IMG/VR virus record: IMGVR_UViG_2571042372_000004
Span: 1-36,833 of that record
Origin: a virus
Taxonomy: Duplodnaviria > Heunggongvirae > Uroviricota > Caudoviricetes
Direction: 5' to 3' (one strand)
DNA length: 36,833 nt
Each line of letters opens with the position of its first letter. Within the stretch, counting starts at the first letter, position 1. Below the pieces are notes generated by a model. It saw nothing but the letters and a program-made list of their open reading frames with translations, searched no databases and was not told the DNA's origin. The position numbers were made by a program, and so were the translations under genes. Below, in pieces: positions 8,749-18,528 of the stretch.

Positions 8749-9939
8749 TTAATTGCTGTTAACCGAGGTGACCAGATTTGCCAGGTATTTATCGGTAATA
8801 CGCTGGCGCAGGGTCAGGTTTTCGAGAGGAGGCACCGGGGTATAGTCGTAGTCGATATACAGTTTTCCGGCCTTGAGGGTTTCCGCATCGTTGGATTCTT
8901 CGCTGAACCAGCAGGTCGCATCCACGATATAGCCGTTTGTTTTCAGCTCACGGAATTTGGCATTGATGCCGTCAACGATGTCGCGAATCAGCGTTGCGGT
9001 GATGGGCTTGTCCACCGCCCACATGTGCGCCTCAGCCATCGTATCGGCCAGCACCTGCGCGGTGCGGGTGTAGTTTTCAAAGAGGAACAGCGGGTCATCA
9101 GAGCAGGTACGGTTACCCCAGAAGCGGAAACCGTCACGGCGAATCAGCGTTGTGACGCCTGACTCATTCAGCAGGTCAGCATCGGTGCCGGACTCCTGCA
9201 AATCCCAGAATACAGATGCGCTGATGCCGGTAACACCGTTCACCCCGACGTTGGACAGCGTTTTATGCCAGCCCTGCTCCTGGTCGATTCTGGCACGCAG
9301 ACCCAGCGCACGGGCGGTGGCATACGCGGTGGCGGTGGTACTGGCAACCGTATCCCATGCGAGGAAATCCGGCCAGATGACCATCAGCTCACGCTGGCTG
9401 AAATTCTGACGGTAGGCTTTCACCTCGGAAATGGTTTTACAGCCCCATGCGCTGATATACCCGAAAGCGCGCAGCTTCTGACAGACTGATGCCAGTGCAA
9501 CAGCCACCTCTTTGGTGTCCAGTCCCGGCACGCCGAGAATACGCGGTTTAACACCGGTTACCGACTCCGCCGCCAGCAGGGCTTTCAGTCCGGTGTACTG
9601 ACCGTTTTCGTCGGTGGTGCCGATGATATTGGAAACGGTCTGCGCGAGTTTCGTTTCCTCGTCGTCGCCGGTGCCGTCTTCCACACGCACGACAACGGTG
9701 ACCGGTTTTGACTGGTCGGCGATGGCCTGCAACGATGCCGCCAGCGTGCCTTTTTTACCAGCCTTTGCAATTGCGCTCTGCACATTGGTAATCAGCACCG
9801 GTTTATTGATGGGGAAGGTTTCCGCATCCGCATCGCTGGCCGTGCAGACCATGCCGACAATGGCTGTGGATACGGTGGAAATGACGCGGGTGCCGTCGTT
9901 AATCTCCAGCACCTGCACGCCGTGATGATAGTCACTCAT
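8749..9939 (-). CDS. FI: contractile tail sheath protein gpFI
   Basis: 396-aa ORF; size and synteny of P2 FI. Confidence 0.9.
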   Translation of the reverse strand: MSDYHHGVQVLEINDGTRVISTVSTAIVGMVCTASDADAETFPINKPVLITNVQSAIAKAGKKGTLAASLQAIADQSKPVTVVVRVEDGTGDDEETKLAQTVSNIIGTTDENGQYTGLKALLAAESVTGVKPRILGVPGLDTKEVAVALASVCQKLRAFGYISAWGCKTISEVKAYRQNFSQRELMVIWPDFLAWDTVASTTATAYATARALGLRARIDQEQGWHKTLSNVGVNGVTGISASVFWDLQESGTDADLLNESGVTTLIRRDGFRFWGNRTCSDDPLFLFENYTRTAQVLADTMAEAHMWAVDKPITATLIRDIVDGINAKFRELKTNGYIVDATCWFSEESNDAETLKAGKLYIDYDYTPVPPLENLTLRQRITDKYLANLVTSVNSN

Positions 9940-10030
9940 CCGTTTAACTCCGTGGTTAATGGGTGCAACTATTTTCCATTGGGTAGTACATGAGACGCTA
10001 TTTGACCTGGCTGGTCAGTGGATGAAACAA

Positions 10031-10062
10031 CAGATAAAGAAAAGGCGGGCAATCTGCCCGCC
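10031..10062 (-). terminator. putative rho-independent terminator downstream of the 230-aa cargo gene
   Basis: Perfect 8-bp stem GGCGGGCA/TGCCCGCC (10044..10062) with a T-rich tract on the minus strand immediately after it (plus-strand AGATAAAGAAAA 10031..10043). Confidence 0.45.
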
Positions 10063-10198
10063 TGTCCTGATTTGTACACACTCATTTTCCGACTGACAAT
10101 TTACATAGCCAAAACGCTATCAAATCTGACTGCCTGTTTTGAGCGAAGAGGAACCTGAGATTGTGGTATGCTAATTTATGGGGAGCAGGTCAATTGTA

Positions 10199-10891
10199 TT
10201 AGTTATCTTTTTGCCTTTCTTTATCCCATTTCTTTACAGTGGTCTGATACCACTCTTCACGTGCTCGTTGTTCCTCTGCTCTGTCACTTGAATTATAGTT
10301 GTCTGTTTTAATTTTTTTGCTTCCCTGGGAAATCGGCCTCCAGTCTTCTCTAATCTTTTTCATCTGCTCAGCTATCTGTGTCATTGGACTCCTTGCACCT
10401 AAGTAGCTAACCCCCTCGAAAGAAGCCATATCATAAGAATACTCATTCCGCTCTCTTTCAGTTGAGCCCGGCTGTTTAGACCAGCTAATACTAACAGAAT
10501 AAACTTGATCTTTAATCTGGTCATACTTACAAAGACTGCTGTTGAGGGAATGGCCGTTTTTCAATACGCTAACCTTGCTAAATGGTATACCTTTATTTTT
10601 TCTATGTTCTGCATTAACCAGTGGGGGATTAAATCCGACTTCAATATCATAGGCTGGGGCATTTCCGGTATTAGCAATATTGATATCAAAATAAAAAGCA
10701 GCCCAAGAATTTGGTTCAAGAGTCACAACGACATGAGGTTGAACTGATGCGTCAACCATCCTTTTTGTCTCGTCTGCTAATAGCCTTGTTACTCTCCACA
10801 AGAAAAATGTAGCAACTGCTGTTAGCAATGCTGCCAAAGCGGAGATAAGTGTACTTACTGTGTTTATATGCTCTGCGATAAATTCGATCAT
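10199..10891 (-). CDS. membrane-anchored hypothetical protein (cargo gene at the P2 Z/fun position)
   Basis: 230-aa ORF, AT-rich. One predicted N-terminal transmembrane helix (VSTLISALAALLTAVATFFLW) followed by basic residues (RVTRLLADETKR), suggesting a cytoplasmic body. Highly charged C-terminal tail. No family recognised. Confidence 0.7.
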   Translation of the reverse strand: MIEFIAEHINTVSTLISALAALLTAVATFFLWRVTRLLADETKRMVDASVQPHVVVTLEPNSWAAFYFDINIANTGNAPAYDIEVGFNPPLVNAEHRKNKGIPFSKVSVLKNGHSLNSSLCKYDQIKDQVYSVSISWSKQPGSTERERNEYSYDMASFEGVSYLGARSPMTQIAEQMKKIREDWRPISQGSKKIKTDNYNSSDRAEEQRAREEWYQTTVKKWDKERQKDN

Positions 10892-11379
10892 GAGTTGTCC
10901 TTGGGGGCGTACTAATTGTTTTCAATACTAAAATAGCGCCGGGCTTGAAAAATTGCACACTTATGGTTCGATTTACCTCAACAGTTAAGGCTTCTACTTC
11001 CCCCATGCACCTCACCCAGCCCAAGACGGTATGAGGTCTGACAAAGAACTTCCTGACACTTGAAAACGAGGCAACGGCTAGGGTTTCTCGTAGGGCAAGG
11101 ATTGAATACGAAGCCTGTATATTGCTCCGCAAACGCTGCTGAGGGCAGTTTAAATGTTGGGCGTTTATGTAGCCTTTCACTCACCAGCATGAGTTCAATG
11201 TCTGTGAGTTACCGACAACAATATAAAGAGGGTGGCATCATATATCCAAGCTAGAGTCAAATCCTCCAACTGGTTTTATGATCAGTGTCAATTGTTTGAT
11301 TATTGAACGTTTACGAAGCAGCACGGGAGCCATATAACTAATGGGCAGGTATAAGCCTGTATCACGAGGAATCAGTAAA

Positions 11380-11559
11380 ATGGCTGATGATAAGACCAAA
11401 ATCGGTACCCCTGACAATGATTTAATAAGTATCAAACAGGATTACGAGAGACGTGATTGGGCTGAAAAGTTTGGAGTTAGCGAGGCCAAACTTGTTCAAG
11501 CCGTACAGGCTGTAGGTCATTCGGCTAAGAAAGTACAGGCATGGCTTAAAGACCATTAA
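11380..11559 (+). CDS. small DUF3606-like protein
   Basis: Start set at ATG 11380 with GAGGA RBS 9 nt upstream (the ORF track begins at 11341). 59-aa product contains DWAEKFGVSEAKLVQAVQAVGHSAKKVQAWL, which resembles the DUF3606 signature as I recall it. AT-rich. Confidence 0.6.
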   Translation: MADDKTKIGTPDNDLISIKQDYERRDWAEKFGVSEAKLVQAVQAVGHSAKKVQAWLKDH

Positions 11560-11565
11560 TATATG

Positions 11566-11589
11566 AGCGCCTTTCTAGGCGCTTTTTTC
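11566..11589 (+). terminator. rho-independent terminator after the DUF3606-like gene
   Basis: Hairpin AGCGCC-tttcta-GGCGCT followed by TTTTTT, 7 nt after the stop codon. Confidence 0.6.
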
Positions 11590-11611
11590 TTTGTCCTTTG
11601 GGAGATGATTT

Positions 11612-11890
11612 ATGGCTAATAATTTATTTATTACTTACGACCTCATTAAAACGAAAGATTATGCGGCTGTGTATGATGCAATTAAATCTTTAGGAAATTG
11701 GGCTTTAACAACTGAATCGAACTGGTATGTTAACTGTAGTTACTCTGCCGAGGATGCAGCCAAAATTGTGAGGGCGGTCATGGATAGTGATGATAAGCTT
11801 ATTGTTGTAGACGCAACCAATAACTCAGCTTATTGGTACAATCTCTCAGATGAAGTTAGTAACCAAATTCTGACTGAGTGGAACAAGTAA
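11612..11890 (+). CDS. hypothetical protein (92 aa), cargo gene at the Z/fun position
   Basis: 92-aa ORF, AT-rich, with GGGAGATGA-type RBS upstream. No recognisable family. Followed by a strong hairpin. Confidence 0.6.
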   Translation: MANNLFITYDLIKTKDYAAVYDAIKSLGNWALTTESNWYVNCSYSAEDAAKIVRAVMDSDDKLIVVDATNNSAYWYNLSDEVSNQILTEWNK

Positions 11891-11892
11891 TT

Positions 11893-11915
11893 AAAGGGGG
11901 TGGACAGCCCCCTTT
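11893..11915 (+). terminator. stem-loop or putative terminator after the 92-aa gene
   Basis: AAAGGGGG-tggacag-CCCCCTTT perfect 8-bp stem, 2 nt after the stop codon. The U-run is weak, so this may be a bidirectional or processing hairpin. Confidence 0.4.
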
Positions 11916-12110
11916 AATTCAGAAACTATCATGATTGAAACATTAAATATACTGGGTTAATTCTTTCATCCTTGCTCCCTTGCTATATGTCCTGAAAGCG
12001 TCCTTTTTAGCCTTCTGCTCAGTATATCCGGTAATGGCACAGAGCGGACTGCCAGATTAGGCTTTACTCTGTGCCATAGATATGTAAGCTCACACCAGAG
12101 TTCATACAAC

Positions 12111-12638
12111 TTATTGCGGCATTTCCGGCCATTCAGGATTTGCAGGATCCACACGACTGACCAGAACGCTGTAGCGTTCCCATGCCTCCAGTCGACTGCG
12201 CTCCTCATCTGTTGCCATATTCAGCCTGACAGCGCGCTCCAGTGGCAAAATCACGGATTCGGCTTCGGAAAGCAAAGTTGCCTTTTGTGATTCTGCCAGT
12301 TGCTGCTGTTCGTCTGCCGTATAAATCCGCTTAATCACTGCACCATCCTTAAACATCCATTTACCTGAGTCATCAGCACGCCGGTTGGCAGTAATATCAG
12401 GAACCTCAACAACGCTAAAACCTTCAGGATTAAGCGTTGAAGCATCTCTGGTGATAGCGACAATAATATTATTTTCATCGTAAACAATCTTTATTGTGTC
12501 TGGCTGAAAGTTCTTCACTTCCTCATACCAGTTTTTTCCGTCCTCAGAGTAAAGCCAGATAACTCCGTGTTTCTTTGTTAACTCATACTGTTCCAGTGTT
12601 TTAGCATTACCCGCTTTTATGTTCTTTAAGTGCATCAT
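12111..12638 (-). CDS. G: tail fibre assembly protein gpG
   Basis: 175-aa ORF immediately downstream of H; P2 G size and synteny. Confidence 0.85.
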   Translation of the reverse strand: MMHLKNIKAGNAKTLEQYELTKKHGVIWLYSEDGKNWYEEVKNFQPDTIKIVYDENNIIVAITRDASTLNPEGFSVVEVPDITANRRADDSGKWMFKDGAVIKRIYTADEQQQLAESQKATLLSEAESVILPLERAVRLNMATDEERSRLEAWERYSVLVSRVDPANPEWPEMPQ

Positions 12639-12639
12639 A

Positions 12640-14814
12640 TTAAACGCTCGCTACATTATACCAGGTGCCATTTATATACTTTTGGACGGGTCTGTAATAA
12701 ACACCCGCTATATTATCGGCAGAGTTGGAACCTGTATCCTGAACATTAATACCAGACAATACATGACCTGATGGGCACTGGAAATTCCATGTTTGCCAGT
12801 TGTTCACTCCATAATATTGCTGTGAACCAAGTCGAACATCTTTCACATATCTGGAATCAAAATTGCCATAGTTGCCGGGAATAACTTGCGAACCACAAAG
12901 CCAGTTACCGTTATTATCCATGTATGCCTGACCATCGGTGCCATTGGCTGTCCTTGAGTTATTAATCATGTAGATGCCAAATTGCTTATTTCCCAGACCG
13001 CCAATCATAAATTTGCGGTCGGCATGGTCCTGACGGAGCAAAGCCTGAGCACCATCAGTGGATACCGCATTACGTCCAAAAATAACATTCTGGTCACGCA
13101 TATGAATCCACATGCCTGTGCTGCTGTTAATTGCAAGGCGGTTTGCGTACACCCATGCGTTAGTTGTTATATCTCCTGTAACATCCAGAGCGTGCCCCAT
13201 AGTTATGCGACCAGTTCTGAGATTCAACGAAAAGGGGCGTAGTGGCCCGATATCACCATTTTCCCCCTCATTCTCTCGTGTGGGGATAATATGCAGGCAT
13301 TCTTCAGAACGGCGAAAAATAGCACCAAAGGATGAATTAAAGATTCTCAGTGCATTGACTGTCGATATTTTTACTTCACTGCTGAAAAGGGCTTTAACAA
13401 GGACAGACAAAGCATCCCATTTAAGATTCATCAGGTCTTTTGTTGTGGTGCCCTGACGGCTTCTCCATTTGAAATATTCATTGCCGTTGTCGCCTGTTTC
13501 AAACCACATGTATGAATCAGTGTCACCATCGGCATCATTTTTAAATCCAATCTTCGCCCAGTCAGTATTTCGAATCCAGGCAAGGATTGAGTCGTTTTCA
13601 AAAGTAAGTCCACCGGACAAGGTATCGCCATTTTTTTGCACGGCGTTCCCGGCTCGGTTTACCGTTTCCTGTAAACCGAGATATTCGATAACGGCGGCAA
13701 CGGTCGATTTAGCCAGAATATCCCGCCCGACTTTTGTCAGGGTCGCCAGGCTGGCAACATCATTCCCCGTAAAATACGGAAACCTGTCTGCCGCAGTAGC
13801 AAGCCCCGCCAGCGCCGTCAAAGTGGCATCTTTCGGTTGCTTACCCGCAAGCGCATTAGTCATGGTGGTAGCAAAATTCGGGTCATTGCCCAGCGCCGCC
13901 GCCAGCTCGTTCAGCGTATTCAGTGCGTCAGGCGACGAGTCTACAAGGGCGGCAATCGCGGCCATAACGAAAGCCGTGTTTGCGATCTGAGTATTATTCG
14001 TTCCCTGTCGCGCAGTTGGCGTCGTTGGCGTTCCGGTCAGTGCAGGGCTGTTTAATGGCGCTTTCTTGTTCGTTTCATCCATTACCGTCTTAACGGCTTT
14101 TGGTGTTGCGGCGAGCGTTTCAGACATGCTGTTGGTCGCACTACTTAGCTGGACAAGACCTTTTCGCGCTGTGGTAGCGTCCTGTGCGGTATATTTCCCG
14201 TTAGCAAGGTCATATGCGGCCTTAACCGCTTTCGGCGTTGCGGCCAGTGTTTCAGACGTGCTGTTGGTCGCATTGCTTAACTGAGTAAAACCTTTTGCGG
14301 TCAGCGAGGCGTCCGGGTGACGTCGTGACTGTTCATGCTCTGCAATTTTGTCATCAACGTAATCCTGCGTCGCCATCACCGTTGTGGTGTCAATGGTCAG
14401 CTCCACTGAGGCCACACTGCTGACGATGATGACCATGCGGCAGGTCTGCGAACGCCCTGAGCCTTCGGCAAGGGTAGGTTTATAACTTTCGGCCATGTTC
14501 GCCACGGCAATTAACGTTCCCGCATCATCGTACAGGCCAAGCTCTCGCATCCAGAAACCGCCCACCTCCGGCGGAATAACCAGCTCTGCGATAATATAAT
14601 TACTGTTTCGTTTGTCCTGGCTGATTTTGTTCAGCGCATGTCGCCAGACTTCGTGGATAAGCCCGGTCTGTCCGGCATCCGGGACAGGCAATTTACCACC
14701 GCCATCCCCGACGGCCATCGTGGTAATGTTGACCTTCCGCCCTCCCGGTGCGGTTGCCGCTGCCAGCTTTGCTGCACCGGCAGTGGTGATAACGGTTTTG
14801 AATTTTGTGCTCAT
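12640..14814 (-). CDS. H: tail fibre protein gpH
   Basis: 724-aa ORF with a conserved N-terminal region and internal repeats ([16 protein letters not shown] twice). Lies between I and G. Confidence 0.9.
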   Translation of the reverse strand: MSTKFKTVITTAGAAKLAAATAPGGRKVNITTMAVGDGGGKLPVPDAGQTGLIHEVWRHALNKISQDKRNSNYIIAELVIPPEVGGFWMRELGLYDDAGTLIAVANMAESYKPTLAEGSGRSQTCRMVIIVSSVASVELTIDTTTVMATQDYVDDKIAEHEQSRRHPDASLTAKGFTQLSNATNSTSETLAATPKAVKAAYDLANGKYTAQDATTARKGLVQLSSATNSMSETLAATPKAVKTVMDETNKKAPLNSPALTGTPTTPTARQGTNNTQIANTAFVMAAIAALVDSSPDALNTLNELAAALGNDPNFATTMTNALAGKQPKDATLTALAGLATAADRFPYFTGNDVASLATLTKVGRDILAKSTVAAVIEYLGLQETVNRAGNAVQKNGDTLSGGLTFENDSILAWIRNTDWAKIGFKNDADGDTDSYMWFETGDNGNEYFKWRSRQGTTTKDLMNLKWDALSVLVKALFSSEVKISTVNALRIFNSSFGAIFRRSEECLHIIPTRENEGENGDIGPLRPFSLNLRTGRITMGHALDVTGDITTNAWVYANRLAINSSTGMWIHMRDQNVIFGRNAVSTDGAQALLRQDHADRKFMIGGLGNKQFGIYMINNSRTANGTDGQAYMDNNGNWLCGSQVIPGNYGNFDSRYVKDVRLGSQQYYGVNNWQTWNFQCPSGHVLSGINVQDTGSNSADNIAGVYYRPVQKYINGTWYNVASV
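14089..14330. repeat. imperfect ~132-bp tandem duplication inside the tail fibre gene H
   Basis: cttaacggcttttggtgttgcggcgagcgtttcagacatgctgttggtcgc... at 14089 recurs as cttaaccgctttcggcgttgcggccagtgtttcagacgtgctgttggtcgc... at 14221. In the protein this is a 44-aa repeat. Confidence 0.7.
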
Positions 14815-14824
14815 TATTCCTCAC

Positions 14825-15355
14825 TTATCCGGGGTAAACCGTAATTACATCGCCGTCATAAGCCACACCACCGACGAACAGGTAGCCGGGAATGTCCCGG
14901 GTAATGTTCAGGCCAATAAGGTGGCGGCTTGCAGGTTTGGCATCAGCAATCAGCCGTTCCATTTCCTGATACATTGCCTCTGTGATACCGCTTTCCAGTA
15001 CACCAATATCAAGCCGGAAGGTGCCGGGCGGGTCACTGTTTTCCCACCACTCCGTCACGTTGATGAGATAGCCGAGCGGCTCCACCACACGCCGGATTGC
15101 ACCTATCGTGCCCTTATGACAGTGGATGAAATAGGCATCGCGGATAACGGCGCGTTTGGTCGCTTCCGGCCACTTTTCATCCCATCTGTCGACCGAAAAC
15201 GCCCACGCCAGCCACGGCAGCAGATTTGCCGGGCAGGTGTCCGGGTTCCACAGTTCACGAATCCTGACCGGCGTTTTTTCAATTTCCGCACAGGCTTTTG
15301 CGGCGGCAACTTCAAGCGGTGATGAGCCGGTCGGCAGCAGTCGCGAATCACTCAT
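14825..15355 (-). CDS. I: baseplate protein gpI
   Basis: 176-aa ORF; P2 gpI size and synteny. Confidence 0.88.
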   Translation of the reverse strand: MSDSRLLPTGSSPLEVAAAKACAEIEKTPVRIRELWNPDTCPANLLPWLAWAFSVDRWDEKWPEATKRAVIRDAYFIHCHKGTIGAIRRVVEPLGYLINVTEWWENSDPPGTFRLDIGVLESGITEAMYQEMERLIADAKPASRHLIGLNITRDIPGYLFVGGVAYDGDVITVYPG

Positions 15356-16256
15356 CCGAGCCTCCGGTCACGACGCGGTATTCGGTACAGAAAGACGCCT
15401 GCGTGCTGTTAAGCACGATATCGGCCAGCGGTGCAGCCAGTTCGACACGCTGCACGCCTTCCACATGCAAAGCAGCATAAATGGCAGACAGACGGATGTC
15501 GCGCCCCAGCCGGTGCTGTGCCGTGATGTACGCTTCCAGTTTTTTCACGGCGGCAGCGCGGATGGGTTCGCTTTCGGGACCAGGGTAAAGGTAAAGCGTG
15601 GCGTTTATCTGGTATTCAACGATGGCGGCAGACTGTACGGTCACGCGGTCGGCCACCGGTCTGACGTCCTCGCCATTCAGGGCGTTACGTACCACGGCCA
15701 GCAGGTCTTCGGATGCCACACCGTTATTTTCACGTGACAGCACAGAGATGGTGACGCAGGCCGGAGAAGGACTGGTGACAGAGATATCCGCGACACGCCC
15801 GTCGGCACTGCGACCATGATACTGATAGGCACCCACCGACCCGGCAACGCTTAAACCTTCAAACGCCTGCTGAATACGCAGACGATAATCGGTGTCAGAC
15901 TCCATCACTGCCGGTGTCGGCGGGATGGTCGAATCATCTGCCGGGGTGATAGTCAGGCGTGTGGTGTTGTAATTGGCACCAATCACATCAAGGTCATTAC
16001 CGGCAGCACAGGCCAGCATCACCGCCCGTGCGGCCTCATTCACACGCTGACGCCAGATAAGCTCACGATAAGCATTTTCCTCCAGCAGTTTGACGAGAGG
16101 TTCGGATTCCAGCGTCAGGGTACGGGCGACCGCCTCCTGCTGGTCTTCCGGGTAAAGGGAAATTAGTGTCGCCTTGCGTTCGGCAAGAATGGTTTCAAAG
16201 TCCAGCTCCTCGACCACATCCGGTGCGGGTAGCTGGTTCAGGTCGATAATCGGCAT
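15348..16256 (-). CDS. J: baseplate wedge protein gpJ
   Basis: 302-aa ORF; P2 gpJ size and synteny. Overlaps the I start by 8 nt. Confidence 0.88.
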   Translation of the reverse strand: MPIIDLNQLPAPDVVEELDFETILAERKATLISLYPEDQQEAVARTLTLESEPLVKLLEENAYRELIWRQRVNEAARAVMLACAAGNDLDVIGANYNTTRLTITPADDSTIPPTPAVMESDTDYRLRIQQAFEGLSVAGSVGAYQYHGRSADGRVADISVTSPSPACVTISVLSRENNGVASEDLLAVVRNALNGEDVRPVADRVTVQSAAIVEYQINATLYLYPGPESEPIRAAAVKKLEAYITAQHRLGRDIRLSAIYAALHVEGVQRVELAAPLADIVLNSTQASFCTEYRVVTGGSDE

Positions 16257-16260
16257 GGTT

Positions 16261-16608
16261 TCAACTCACAGGGATGGTTAACGAAAGTGGCTGGCCGGTG
16301 TCGTTGTGCTGGCCGGTTAACGTGACCGTCATTCGCCCGTCAAAACCGCGCTCAGTGGTGACGGATGACAGGGTGACGCGGGGTTCCCATTTCAGCACAG
16401 CCATGTAACAGGCGACCTTAATCTGCAACTCAAGCGCCGGAGTCTGCGGCTGGTCAATCATTGACGCCAGCAACGAGCCGTAATCTCGACGCATCACCCG
16501 TGAGCCGACGGGGGTACACAGGATATCGCCGATACTCTGGCTGATATGCTCAAGGTCAGTGACAGTCAGGCCATCACTGCGATTCATTCCGAGATAACGC
16601 GCTGTCAT
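16261..16608 (-). CDS. W: baseplate protein gpW
   Basis: 115-aa ORF; P2 gpW size and synteny. Confidence 0.88.
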   Translation of the reverse strand: MTARYLGMNRSDGLTVTDLEHISQSIGDILCTPVGSRVMRRDYGSLLASMIDQPQTPALELQIKVACYMAVLKWEPRVTLSSVTTERGFDGRMTVTLTGQHNDTGQPLSLTIPVS

Positions 16609-17240
16609 AAAGGACTCCCGGTTGTGCCGCCGCTGTCGCCGGGGTGTTTGTGGGTATGCAGTACCTTACCGTTTGATGAGAGTTCACCGCCGGTGTGTTC
16701 AATGTTGCCGCGCATCGTCCCGCCCTTCCGTACTTCCAGCGTGCCGGTAATCAGCCTGTTGGTGCAGACCACCTCCGGCGTGTCCAGAGTGACACGGGTT
16801 GATGCTTTCACCGTGACCACCGGCACCGTGGCAGTAACAGAATCAGAAGCCGTCACGCTGGCCGTTTTAATTCCGCTTACCGTCAGTGCACTGGTTTCGG
16901 GTTCATACTCAATCACCGCCCCGTCAGGGAAACGGATATGCAGGGCATCAGCCGACGCAGACGGCGCAGGGTTATCGCCGGAATAAATCCCCGGCAGAAC
17001 GAACGCCGTGTCGAGTTCACCGCCCACGGCCAGAATCAGCACCTGTTCCCCCACGGAAGGTGCCCACCATGTGCGCGAACGTCCGGCGCGATGGGTCAGC
17101 CACTGAAGCCAGTCGGTGCACATGCCGCCGGTCTGCACACGGCAGCGACCGGCTTTAAGGTTGGTTTCGACGACAAGGCCGGTACGAATCATGTTGCGCA
17201 GTGCGCGCGCGAGTTCCTGAATATTTGCGAGAGTGTTCAT
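16605..17240 (-). CDS. V: baseplate spike/assembly protein gpV
   Basis: Start set at the internal ATG (17238-17240), giving a 211-aa product beginning MNTLANIQELARALRNMIRTG..., consistent with P2 gpV length. The ORF track extends 12 codons upstream. Confidence 0.85.
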   Translation of the reverse strand: MNTLANIQELARALRNMIRTGLVVETNLKAGRCRVQTGGMCTDWLQWLTHRAGRSRTWWAPSVGEQVLILAVGGELDTAFVLPGIYSGDNPAPSASADALHIRFPDGAVIEYEPETSALTVSGIKTASVTASDSVTATVPVVTVKASTRVTLDTPEVVCTNRLITGTLEVRKGGTMRGNIEHTGGELSSNGKVLHTHKHPGDSGGTTGSPL

Positions 17241-17317
17241 AACGGGAAGGATGCCGCTGGACGATACCAGCAGCAATCATGGAGGATTCTGTCAGCTGTG
17301 ACACAACATAATAAATA

Positions 17318-18073
17318 TTAGTTGTAGCACTTCTCTATAATCTTCATACACTCCTCATGAGCTAAATCATGGCTGTCAAATTCTTTATTAAAAAAGAAGA
17401 AAAACGCCTTCTTAACCTGAGGCATTTCAATAAAAATAAATTCATCAACCTTATGAAAGAAATGAAAACTCTTGTTTGATGTTTCAAAAACCATCAAAGA
17501 ATTATGTTTTTTATCCTTCCATTTCGACATCAGATTGCGTCGCGATTTTCGTATAATCCTGAAGACATCCCCCGGCGTCGTATCGACATTCCCCCAAAAC
17601 ATTGCAACCGGGAAGTTTGCAAGGAACGGGATATAATCACCACCTTTATACCTGAGAAAGCGGTTCCGCAAATCCATTAATTGCAACTTAAAACCCATGT
17701 ATTGCAACCACCATATGATGCAATCATACTCATAATCTGTTAACTCCTCTCCCCTCTTTTCCGTAAGAAATTTCTTCAGGTTATACTCAAACACTCCCAG
17801 CAAATCAGAATTGCACACTCTGCATGCTGGTACAGTGGCTTTAATGTAATGAGTTGACTGATTATTCTTTTTATTAATTAAAGATTTTTCAGCATTTGAC
17901 TCAAAGGCCCACTGAGGAATAATGTGCTCACGAGTAATATCGTCAGAACTCCCGCATAACACACATATATCAGCATTATGGTCAGCAATAATACAATCCA
18001 TAACTTTCTTTTGAGAGTGCTTTACTCTTTTTCTCAAAATAGAAAACTTTTCATCCATAAACACCCGTCTCAT
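17318..18073 (-). CDS. HNH nuclease-domain protein (AT-rich moron between S and V, the P2 orf30 position)
   Basis: 251-aa ORF, very AT-rich. N-terminal HNH pattern CVLCG...DITREHIIPQW...N...ACRVCN (two CxxC pairs flanking a conserved His). Start ATG overlaps the gpS stop (ATGA), implying translational coupling within the late operon. C-terminal ~150 aa unassigned. Confidence 0.75.
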   Translation of the reverse strand: MRRVFMDEKFSILRKRVKHSQKKVMDCIIADHNADICVLCGSSDDITREHIIPQWAFESNAEKSLINKKNNQSTHYIKATVPACRVCNSDLLGVFEYNLKKFLTEKRGEELTDYEYDCIIWWLQYMGFKLQLMDLRNRFLRYKGGDYIPFLANFPVAMFWGNVDTTPGDVFRIIRKSRRNLMSKWKDKKHNSLMVFETSNKSFHFFHKVDEFIFIEMPQVKKAFFFFFNKEFDSHDLAHEECMKIIEKCYN

Positions 18074-18528
18074 ATAACATCTTTCGATAGAATCACTAAT
18101 AACTCCCTTTCTATCAATTGTATAGATTCCTTGTCAAAACCAAATAACTCACGAACAGGATATTCCACCACAGCACTATTACGCCCCGGCTTATCCTTAA
18201 GCCCTAATTGATGTACTCGCGCAATTCGTTGCACTCCGCTGGCAAACTCCACCACCGCCGCACTCTCGCTACCTGTTGCTTTCATAAACCGGTTAGTGCG
18301 TAATTTCACAAACATTTCCCGCTTTATCCGGCCTTTCTTATTTCGCACTGGCTGGTTTTTTCTCGGTACATACGGCGTACCATCCGGGCCTTTTTGTAAT
18401 TTAATTCGCTGCTGCTGGCGCTGGCGCAGTTTCTTCGCAATATCTACCGCCAGTCGCCGACGCCCTGACGGTGACAGCGACTCAATCAGTCCGGTCAGCC
18501 GGTCTTCAAAACGCTTAAACTCATTCAT
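18070..18528 (-). CDS. S: tail completion protein gpS
   Basis: 152-aa ORF; P2 gpS size and synteny. Confidence 0.88.
   Translation of the reverse strand: MNEFKRFEDRLTGLIESLSPSGRRRLAVDIAKKLRQRQQQRIKLQKGPDGTPYVPRKNQPVRNKKGRIKREMFVKLRTNRFMKATGSESAAVVEFASGVQRIARVHQLGLKDKPGRNSAVVEYPVRELFGFDKESIQLIERELLVILSKDVI

Noticed and set aside
9940-10043. Ogr-dependent late promoter upstream of FI (TGT-N12-ACA dyad)
   Set aside because: A late promoter is expected here, but I could not find a convincing dyad at the right spacing by eye, so no site is annotated.
10960-10976. GGTTCGATT motif resembling a tRNA T-loop
   Set aside because: Flanking bases cannot form a T-stem and no acceptor or anticodon arms could be built; not a tRNA.
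10752-11190. 142-aa and 70-aa minus-strand ORFs in the cargo-island spacer
   Set aside because: They overlap the start of the 230-aa gene or each other and lack RBS; treated as non-coding, although a decayed gene remnant cannot be excluded.
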